A DNA stretch of 64,000 nt from Geminicoccus sp. (lineage in GTDB: Bacteria; Pseudomonadota; Alphaproteobacteria; Geminicoccales; Geminicoccaceae), in contig NZ_DATAGQ010000110.1 in the NCBI RefSeq assembly GCF_036263595.1, positions 220-64,219 on the forward strand. The letters are read 5' to 3'. Of the stretch, positions 57,425 through 64,000 are shown piece by piece. A program made the position numbers and the translations under genes. A model generated the notes under the pieces. It was not told the origin of the DNA. It saw only the letters and a program-made list of their open reading frames with translations, and made no database searches. Positions within the stretch are counted from its first letter, which is position 1. Every line of letters starts with the position of its first letter.

Positions 57425-57906
57425 GCCCTTTGCGTCCCATCCGGGCCGGCGGACATCGGGGGGCCCAGCACGACCGTGCCGTAGGAGGCAGCCAAGGCGG
57501 CTATCCCCTCTGGGGCGAGCCCGTTCAGTCGGGTGAACAACTCCTCGATGCCGCCCGGCGCGAAGGTGGCGATCATGCGGCTGGGCGTCGTCGTGCGGTT
57601 GATCCAGGCATGCGGCGTGCCCGCCGGGATGAGGACGAGGTCGCCGGGTGACGTCTCGAGGATCTGGTCACCGAGCCGGAACGTCGGGTGGCCTGCCACG
57701 ATGTAGAAGGTCTCCTCCTCGACATGGGTATGCAGCGGGGCGGCACAGCCGGGGGCCGCGACGGACTCGATCACGGAGAAGCGGCCTTGCACCTGCGTGC
57801 CGCGGACGCGGACAGCCGTGCGCTCGCCGGGAATGCCGTCAAACCACTGGACGTCGTCGCTTCCCGTGACGCCGGGTTCCTGGGCTGCGGATGGCAAGAT
57901 GGACAT
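57415..57906 (-). CDS. cupin domain-containing protein
   Basis: ATG 57906. PLHTHVEEETFYIVAG ... GDLVLIPAGTPHAW; 163 aa. Divergent from a lysR-type gene. Confidence 0.8.
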   Translation of the reverse strand: MSILPSAAQEPGVTGSDDVQWFDGIPGERTAVRVRGTQVQGRFSVIESVAAPGCAAPLHTHVEEETFYIVAGHPTFRLGDQILETSPGDLVLIPAGTPHAWINRTTTPSRMIATFAPGGIEELFTRLNGLAPEGIAALAASYGTVVLGPPMSAGPDGTQRAWS

Positions 57907-58005
57907 GGGTTGTGCTCCGTTGGATGGCGCAGCCTTATGAACGTTTCCCGATATTTGATCATCACGCCTTATGTAGATGCAGACATTCTTGTATGTTGAT
58001 GATCC

Positions 58006-58893
58006 ATGGATACCCTGGTGAGCCTGCGCGTCTTCCGGACCGTCGCCGAGCTGAGAAGCTTCACGGCCGCCGCAAAGCGCCTGGGCCTCTCGCCCGCCAT
58101 GGTCAGCAAGCACGTCATGCACCTGGAGCGGCGGCTCGCCACGCGCCTGCTCAACCGGACCAGCCGGCACGTCAGCCTCACCGAAGCCGGCCTGCTCTAC
58201 CTCGACCAGGCGCGGCAGATGCTGGATGGGCTCGACGAAGTCGAAGCCGCTGTCAGCAGGACGACGGTAACACCGCGTGGCACCTTGCGGCTGAGCGCGC
58301 CGGTGTGGATCGCCGATCCGGTCTTTGCCGGCCTGCTGGCGGACTACCGCGCCCGCTATCCGGAGGTGCGGCTCGACGTCGACCTGAGCGGCCGCATGGT
58401 CAACCTTGTCGAGGAGGGCATCGACCTGGCGCTTCGCGCGACGGCGTCACCCGATCCCGGCCTGATCGCGCGCCGGCTTGCCGACATCACCTTCCGTCTC
58501 GTCGCCGCACCCAGCCACCTCGACCGGACCGGTCGTCCCAAGGCCGTCGCCGACCTGGACGGGCGCGCCCTGCTCTCCAACAGCCTGCACTGGCCGGACG
58601 GCAGCGTGACCTTGGACGGCCTCGACGGGCACCGGACCGTGCGGTTCGACCCGGTGCTGCTGAGCGTCAACGAAACCCTGCTGCACCTCGCCGCGCTGGA
58701 GGGCATGGGCCTCGCCTTCCTGCCCGAGTGGATGATCCGGCAGGACCTCGCCGAGGGGCGCCTGGAATCGGTGCTCCATGGGGCCTTGGCGTTGCATGGC
58801 TGCCTGTTCGGCGTCTACTCGAGCCGAAAATATCTCTCCGCCAAGGTCAGGACCTTCCTGGACTTCCTCGCGCACGACCACCGGCTGCGCTAG
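58006..58893 (+). CDS. LysR family transcriptional regulator
   Basis: HTH (FRTVAELRSFTAAAKRLGLSPAMVSKHVMHLERRL) plus a substrate-binding domain; 295 aa. Confidence 0.9.
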   Translation: MDTLVSLRVFRTVAELRSFTAAAKRLGLSPAMVSKHVMHLERRLATRLLNRTSRHVSLTEAGLLYLDQARQMLDGLDEVEAAVSRTTVTPRGTLRLSAPVWIADPVFAGLLADYRARYPEVRLDVDLSGRMVNLVEEGIDLALRATASPDPGLIARRLADITFRLVAAPSHLDRTGRPKAVADLDGRALLSNSLHWPDGSVTLDGLDGHRTVRFDPVLLSVNETLLHLAALEGMGLAFLPEWMIRQDLAEGRLESVLHGALALHGCLFGVYSSRKYLSAKVRTFLDFLAHDHRLR

Positions 58894-59669
58894 CAGGCCG
58901 GATCACCCCGCCGGCCGGCATCTGGCGACATGGCCTGGGCACCAGTCCATTCGGCTCGCCATGGGCATAGGCGGGCTTGCCGGACACGCGATGTCCATCA
59001 CCATCGGTTGATGCACCCGCAGCCGATCGGGCCGTCGTCCCCTGCGCCCACACGTCGCCGCCCTCGTCGATGGAAGGAGGGCGAACCTTTCCTGGCCTGG
59101 CAGCGCATCGATTCCCATCAACCCGGCCAGGAACGAGCAGGCACGGCAAGAGCGGCGCGACGGCGCTCTGCCGGCAAGCTCGATGCAGCGCGCCGCCGAC
59201 CTGGCGACGATCGCCCGATGGCACGCTCGCTTCACCCCGTCGATCGCGGCGAACCACGCGCTGTCTGCCGCCGCCCGGCCCCAGCCGATCGAGCGCCACA
59301 GGGCTTTGCCGCCAGCCGTCCAGCGAACCATCATGGTCTGCAGCGCACATCACCCTCCAGATCGCGAGGTGACGTTCATGCGTTTGCACAAAAGCCGATA
59401 GCTGTCGCCGAGCGTGGTACCACGCTCGCCATCGAGGCCTTGAACCGCATCCAGGGGACGTGGAAGGTACCGCTTTGCGAGTGGATCCTGTCAGCTTTGC
59501 TGGTCGTCACTCCGTGGGATCGGGCTTTGCCCGATGGCCAAGGGGCGAGGCCGCGGTCCTGTTCGGCGAGCGCGTCACCGAAGGCCATGACCAAATCATG
59601 GCAACCGCCCGCCATACATGGAATGCCCGCCAGTCCCGGCCAGCGTCCCGGTTCGATGAAAGCGGGACC

Positions 59670-60200
59670 TCAGTTGCGTCTCGCCGCATAGCCAGCCGGC
59701 AGTTCCTCGGGCCCGCACGCGATCACCGTCTCGTCGTCGCGGGCACGATCCTCCACGAAGGTGATCTCGGCGAACGTATCGACCAGCTCGATCGGATAGG
59801 TCGGCCCGGCATCGCGGTAGGCGAGCATCCGGTCGATCTGCGGGTTCTGGAAGCCGACGATCTTCTGCGGCGCCTCTACCACCCAACGAGGGAAGAAGAT
59901 GGTCCCGTGAAGGCGCCGCTCGACGAGATTGACAGCAACGCTGACACCGGTCCCGGTCGGCTCGACCCAGGAGGCCCTGAAGACGTTGTCGGCCAGCCTG
60001 ACGATATGCGCTTCCTGGTTCTTCACCCAGCGGCCGCCGACGATGCCGCTATGCACGCGGTACTCCAGATGGCGCTCGTTCTTGATGTAGGTCTCGTACT
60101 GCCAGCCATTGTCGTAGGTGTAGATGTAGTGCTTGCCGACAAAGGCGGCGATCTCGGCTGGTCGGGTGGACGCGAAGGGGTCGGACATGCTGGTCTCCAT
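59670..60200 (-). CDS. padC: phenolic acid decarboxylase
   Basis: HYIYTYDNGWQYETYIKNE..YRVHSGIVGGRWV...WVEPTGTGVSV...LHGTIFFPRWV closely parallels bacterial PadC/PAD proteins. The start is ATG 60200 or 60188. Confidence 0.9.
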   Translation of the reverse strand: METSMSDPFASTRPAEIAAFVGKHYIYTYDNGWQYETYIKNERHLEYRVHSGIVGGRWVKNQEAHIVRLADNVFRASWVEPTGTGVSVAVNLVERRLHGTIFFPRWVVEAPQKIVGFQNPQIDRMLAYRDAGPTYPIELVDTFAEITFVEDRARDDETVIACGPEELPAGYAARRN

Positions 60201-60205
60201 CGTGA

Positions 60206-60414
60206 GGAACGTCGGGGGACACGGCCCGCTTCGTCGATGCGCCCGACAGTGTCGGCAGCTTCACCGCCACCTACGACCTGCCAACGACGCTCGCCCAGGT
60301 CCGCCTCAACCTGGGGTCGACCGCAACCAGGCAGCTGCAGCTCGAGTACCAGGGCCAACTCGGTGGCGACTTCCAAGAGCACGCCGGCTTGCTTAGGGTC
60401 AATCGGCTGGGCTG
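60206..60414 (+). pseudogene. possible 3' remnant of an outer-membrane beta-barrel/autotransporter-type gene
   Basis: A start-less open frame reads ..SFTATYDLPTTLAQVRLNLGSTATRQLQLEYQGQLGGDFQEHAGLLRVNRLG*. The alternating beta-strand pattern is typical of barrel C-termini, and there is no upstream body. Confidence 0.25.
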
Positions 60415-60491
60415 AGGGCGGCGCGCGCTTCGGCGGGTAGCGGCGGCGCGTGGCTGCAGCCAGCCCTGCCCACCGTCACGGAAGCCTGCCG

Positions 60492-60974
60492 ATGAACATC
60501 TCCTTCGTCCATTCCAGCGTGTTCGAGCCACCCATCAAGGTGCCAGCCATCGGGCTCGACCTGTTCGTCCGCCTGCCACCTGCCGCAAGCGACGGCGAGT
60601 TCTGCTTCATCGAGACGATCAACGCGCCGGGTGCCGGCCCACCCTTGCATCGGCATCGGGAAGCGGAGATCTTCCGCGTGATCGAGGGGCGCTATCTCTA
60701 TCAGGTGGGCGAGCGACGCTTCTTCGCCGAGGCGGGGGACGTGGTCAGCATCCCGGGCGGCGTTGCCCATGGCTTCGTCAACATCACGAAGGCTCCGGCC
60801 CGTCAGTATATCCTCATCGCGCCAGCCCTGGATGCCAGGGCGTTCTTCACGGAGCTGGCCGCCGTGATGCGGGACGGCCTGCCGGATCGCATGGCCCTGA
60901 ATGCCTTCGGCGCCAAGTGGGGCGTCGAGTTCCTGGGACCGCCCCTCAGCCTGCACGACATGCCTGCCGGCTGA
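60492..60974 (+). CDS. cupin domain-containing protein
   Basis: ATG 60492. PLHRHREAEIFRVIEG ... GDVVSIPGGVAHGF; 160 aa. Confidence 0.8.
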   Translation: MNISFVHSSVFEPPIKVPAIGLDLFVRLPPAASDGEFCFIETINAPGAGPPLHRHREAEIFRVIEGRYLYQVGERRFFAEAGDVVSIPGGVAHGFVNITKAPARQYILIAPALDARAFFTELAAVMRDGLPDRMALNAFGAKWGVEFLGPPLSLHDMPAG

Positions 60975-61069
60975 TGCGTTCCATCTGGAGGCAAGGCAGG
61001 ATGGACCGATTGACGGCCTGTCCTTGCTGGGGCAGCGTCGTTCATGTGCCATTACATGGGAGGATTGAA

Positions 61070-61285
61070 ATGAGCCAGGCAGATGTCGAGCGCTTCACGC
61101 GCGACCTTCAGAGCAACGAGCAGTTGCGCAACGAGATCAAGAACAGCGCTTCCGGTCTCGCATCAATCGTCGATATCGCCAGGCGCCATGGCTATGACGT
61201 CAACGTGGATGAGGTGAAGGCGCATCTGCGCAGCCAGGCGAACCAGGACTTGAGCGACGAGCAGTTGGAAGCCCTGGCCGGTGGT
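61070..61285 (+). CDS. Nif11-type (N11P, TIGR03798-like) leader peptide ending in a double-glycine motif; 3' end of the gene unresolved
   Basis: ATG 61070 lies 5 nt after GGGAGGA. MSQADVERFTRDLQSNEQLRNEIKNSASGLASIVDIARRHGYDVNVDEVKAHLRSQANQDLSDEQLEALAGG follows the prochlorosin-type leader pattern. Only the leader is annotated, because the same frame stays open to 62302, antisense to the next gene. Confidence 0.6.
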
Positions 61286-61450
61286 GCGGGTGATCCAGCG
61301 TCTGCGGTCGCCAGTGACCAGGATAGCATCGGGATTGGCGGCACCTTGCGCCTCGCCATGCAGGGCCTCCTTTGCGCCCATCATGCCCGCCACCGCACGA
61401 AATCCCGACAGTCCCTCGTCGGCTTCCTCGCCAGCCCGGCCGATGGCGCC

Positions 61451-62296
61451 CTACGGCCTCCCCTCGACCAGTTCGACATACCGTTCGGCCGACCGAGCGA
61501 CGATCGCCGGCCCATCCTGCAACACCTCCTGCCCCAAGAACGCCCCATAGATCCGCTCGTACGACCATGGCGCGAGCCGTGCCGCAACCCGGCGCACCTC
61601 GCCGGCCGCCAGCGGCATCATGTTCGGATAGCTCCACATGAACGACACGCGCCTTGCCCCAGGCGTGACCTGCACGATGTCGCCGGCCAGCAGGACGCCC
61701 TGGCCGTCGGCGGCACCTGCCCAGTGCAGCACGGTCCCGCCCGCAAAATGCCCACCGGCTCGGATCAGGGTTGTCCCGGGTGCAATCTCCAGCGTGTCGC
61801 CCGCCCAGGGCCGGATCGACGGCGACGGGCGCATGATCCAGGCACGGTCGGCCTCGTGCAGGTAGACAGGAGCCCCGAAGGCGGCGGCCCAGTCCTGCAT
61901 GGTCGTGTAGTAGTGCGGATGGGAGATCGCGATGGCTTGGAGGCCACCCATCGCCTGGACCAGGGCCTCCGTCGCCGGATCGAGCAGGGCGATGCAATCC
62001 CAGAGGATGTTGCCCTGTGGCGTCACGAGCAGGAAGGCCCGCTGGTTGATGGCGAAGGCCGGCACGGTCTGCAGGCTGAACAGGCCCTGCTCGTGACGGC
62101 GCCATGCGTTGCGATGCGCCTGGGCCAGGGCGTCCCGGCTGATCCAGGACTGGCCGGACGCCGGCACGTACTGTCGCTCGTCCTGGCAGATCGGGCAGGC
62201 CTCGGGCGGCGAGGACGCCTCATACGAGGTGCCGCAGGCGGTGCAAAGCAAGACCATGTCCGAGCGCTCCCATGTCATGGCCGGTCTCGCCGCCAC
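61451..62296 (-). CDS. MBL-fold metallo-hydrolase with N-terminal zinc-ribbon
   Basis: CTACGTSYEASSPPEACPICQDER followed by an MBL-like core (ISHPHYYTT, GGHFAGGTVLH); 281 aa (alternative internal starts). Confidence 0.8.
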   Translation of the reverse strand: MAARPAMTWERSDMVLLCTACGTSYEASSPPEACPICQDERQYVPASGQSWISRDALAQAHRNAWRRHEQGLFSLQTVPAFAINQRAFLLVTPQGNILWDCIALLDPATEALVQAMGGLQAIAISHPHYYTTMQDWAAAFGAPVYLHEADRAWIMRPSPSIRPWAGDTLEIAPGTTLIRAGGHFAGGTVLHWAGAADGQGVLLAGDIVQVTPGARRVSFMWSYPNMMPLAAGEVRRVAARLAPWSYERIYGAFLGQEVLQDGPAIVARSAERYVELVEGRP

Positions 62297-62389
62297 GCTT
62301 GAGGAAACTAGCGGCGGCGTCCAGTCACCGCATGGCCTTCACCGTCCCGACGATCGTGCCGGGCACCCGGGATCAGCCATCCGCGGCGT

Positions 62390-63175
62390 TCAGTGCAGGA
62401 TCTGCTGCAGGAAGGCTCGCGCCCGCTCGGCCTGCGGGTTGGAGAAGAAGGCCTGGGGCGTCGCCTGTTCGACGATCTTGCCCCGGTCCATGAAGATGAC
62501 GCGATCGGCGACCTGCCGGGCGAAGCCCATCTCATGGGTCACCACCGCCATCGTCATGCCCTCCCCAGCCAGCTGGACCATGGTATCCAGCACTTCCTTG
62601 ACCATCTCCGGGTCGAGCGAGGAGGTCGGCTCGTCGAACAGCATGATGTCCGGCTCCATCGCGAGGGCCCGGGCGACGGCGACACGCTGCTGCTGGCCGC
62701 CGGAGAGCTGGGAAGCGAACTTGCCGGCCTGTTCGGGGATATGCACCTTGCGCAGGTAGTGCAGGGAGCGCTCGTCGGCGTCCTTGGCCGCCATGCCCTG
62801 GACTAGGCGAAGGGCGATCGAGCAGTTCTCCAGCACCGTCAGGTGCGGGAACAGGTTGAACTGCTGGAACACCATCCCCACCCGCCGACGTACCGCCTGG
62901 ACCGTCTTCGACTCCCGCGTGAGCCTGATGCCGTCGACCAGGACCTCGCCTTCCTGGAAGCCCTCCAGGCCGTTGATCGAGCGGATCAGCGTGGACTTGC
63001 CCGATCCGGACGGCCCGCAGATGACCAGCCGCTCGCCCCGGCCGATCAAGAGGTCGATGCCGTCCAGCACCTTGAACGCGCCGAACCACTTGCCGAGCCC
63101 GCGGATCTCCACGGCGGGCGCCCCGGCCAAGGGCTGCGGCTCGCCGGCGTGGGGGTTCCGGTTCCGTCCGATCAT
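62390..63175 (-). CDS. amino acid ABC transporter ATP-binding protein
   Basis: Walker [10 protein letters not shown], signature [15 protein letters not shown], Walker [12 protein letters not shown]. Start at ATG 63175 (alternative 63211). Confidence 0.9.
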   Translation of the reverse strand: MIGRNRNPHAGEPQPLAGAPAVEIRGLGKWFGAFKVLDGIDLLIGRGERLVICGPSGSGKSTLIRSINGLEGFQEGEVLVDGIRLTRESKTVQAVRRRVGMVFQQFNLFPHLTVLENCSIALRLVQGMAAKDADERSLHYLRKVHIPEQAGKFASQLSGGQQQRVAVARALAMEPDIMLFDEPTSSLDPEMVKEVLDTMVQLAGEGMTMAVVTHEMGFARQVADRVIFMDRGKIVEQATPQAFFSNPQAERARAFLQQILH

Positions 63176-63200
63176 GACGTCCACCTGGCGCCAGCGGGTT

Positions 63201-64000
63201 TCATCGTGCACTTGCCCGGTTGTAGTGGCGCTCGATCCGCGCCTGGACGAGTTCCAGGACGATGGAAAGGATCCAGTAGATCATCGAGGCGGTGATCATC
63301 ATCTCGATGTGGCGGAACTCGGTCTGCCCCTGCGTGCGCGCCAGGTACATCAGTTCCCACACGCCGACGACCGAGACGAGCGAACTGTCCTTGAGCATCG
63401 CGATGAACTGGTTGCCGGTGGGGGGAATGATCACCCGCATTGCCTGGGGCAGGATGATCCGCGTCATCGTGCTGGCGGGCTGCAAGCCCAGGGCGCGCGA
63501 GGCCTCCCACTGGCCCTTCGAAATGCTCTCGATGCCGGCCCGGAAGATCTCGGTCATGTACGCGCCGTAGCAGAGCGAGAGGGCCGCGATGCCGGCCGGA
63601 ACGGCATCGATGACGTAACCGAGTTGCGGCAGGCCCAGGTAGATCATGTAGATCTGCATGAGCAGGGGCAGCCCCCGGAACAGCGAGGTGTAGAAATTCG
63701 CGATGCCGAGCGCGATTCCATTGGACGACAGCTTCGCGATGGCACCCATCAACGCCAGGACCGAGGCGATGACGATCGAGACGGCCGAGATGTAGAGGGT
63801 CATCAGGAGGCCCTGCCTGAGCAGGAACCAGATCTTGCGGCGGATGAAGTCGAAGCTCAGGTCGAACGAATAGAAGAACAGAAGAATGAGCGCGGCCAGC
63901 TCCAGCCAGACGACATAGACCTGCCACCGCAGCGGCAAGCGCAGGACCACGCCGACATTGAAGCCGATGATCATGGTGATGGCAGCGGCGACGACGAAGT
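63201..64000 (-). CDS. amino acid ABC transporter permease (His/Glu/Gln/Arg/opine family); start uncertain
   Basis: Polar amino-acid permease pattern ([40 protein letters not shown]). There is an ATG at 63974, but the frame stays open and hydrophobic (FVVAAAIT) to the window edge. Confidence 0.85.
   Translation of the reverse strand, partial: FVVAAAITMIIGFNVGVVLRLPLRWQVYVVWLELAALILLFFYSFDLSFDFIRRKIWFLLRQGLLMTLYISAVSIVIASVLALMGAIAKLSSNGIALGIANFYTSLFRGLPLLMQIYMIYLGLPQLGYVIDAVPAGIAALSLCYGAYMTEIFRAGIESISKGQWEASRALGLQPASTMTRIILPQAMRVIIPPTGNQFIAMLKDSSLVSVVGVWELMYLARTQGQTEFRHIEMMITASMIYWILSIVLELVQARIERHYNRASAR

Noticed and set aside
61163-61393. Minus-strand 76-codon ORF overlapping the Nif11 leader.
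   Set aside because: It is antisense to a leader with a strong family pattern and SD, and it has no motif or SD of its own.
61281-61550. Alternative-frame ORF after the GG motif (..[43 protein letters not shown]), Cys/Ser/Thr/Pro-rich, as a lanthipeptide-like core reached by a frameshift.
   Set aside because: Reaching this frame needs an extra base, the opposite of the error direction seen elsewhere. The ORF overlaps the 3' end of the convergent MBL gene by 100 nt. Its composition is what a GC-rich off-frame gives. It is kept only as something to re-examine after resequencing.
1-64000. CRISPR arrays, rRNA and tRNA genes, and integrase or Tns-type genes near the comM insertion.
   Set aside because: I saw no regularly spaced direct repeats, no rRNA-like or cloverleaf-forming segments in the intergenic regions I read, and no tyrosine/serine recombinase or TnsABC-like ORFs inside 16300-20124. 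A tRNAscan/Infernal run would be the decisive check for small RNAs.

Overview
This is a high-GC chromosomal segment that looks alphaproteobacterial, based on ELM1/DUF1022, DUF1127, an HWE-kinase phytochrome and TRAP/ABC-rich gene content. All family calls come from motifs read by eye, because no searches could be run.

**Layout**
- **1-15.6 kb:** a conserved housekeeping block: carB (5' end outside the window), greA, an ELM1-like gene, trxB, a lysR-type gene, msrP, parC, a zinc alcohol dehydrogenase, then recO-era-rnc-lepB-acpS-pdxJ and a phosphodiesterase.
- **15.7-21.1 kb:** the Mg-chelatase-like ATPase gene comM/yifB is split in two by a visibly AT-richer insertion of about 3.8 kb (16300-20124). 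The insertion has imperfect terminal inverted repeats of about 28 bp and a 12-bp direct repeat of comM sequence. Its only recombinase is an IS1595-family transposase. It also carries unexplained passenger genes: a TM/coiled-coil protein, a DUF6471-like protein, a DUF5678-like plus retropepsin-like pair, and two paralogous small wHTH proteins.
- **21-32 kb:** an accessory catabolic region with a Pot-like ABC importer and a Dpp/Opp-like ABC importer (neither has an ATPase gene), two DAO-type flavoenzymes, a MarR regulator and an SDR.
- **33-39 kb:** a MarR/YHS/membrane-protein module with twin palindromic operators, a DUF899 gene and a TPR protein.
- **39.7-43.9 kb:** a cluster of a bacteriophytochrome (HWE kinase plus REC), an AraC regulator and a heme oxygenase.
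- **44-64 kb:**
  - a GT4 glycogen-synthase-like gene, a ROK protein with apparently permuted segment order, a flavin monooxygenase and TetR/MDR genes;
  - a TRAP transporter whose dctM is frameshifted, three cupins, a DUF1127 gene and a phenolic acid decarboxylase;
  - apparent gene-decay patches, and a Nif11-type leader peptide with a double-glycine motif whose frame never closes;
  - an MBL-fold hydrolase and part of an amino-acid ABC transporter.

No rRNA, tRNA or CRISPR array was recognised. Three genes are broken by what look like single missing bases in homopolymers, so assembly error must be excluded before calling them pseudogenes.

The best candidates for something new are the passenger modules of the comM-disrupting element, especially the DUF5678-like/retropepsin-like pair. 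The orphan Nif11-type precursor and the permuted ROK protein come next.
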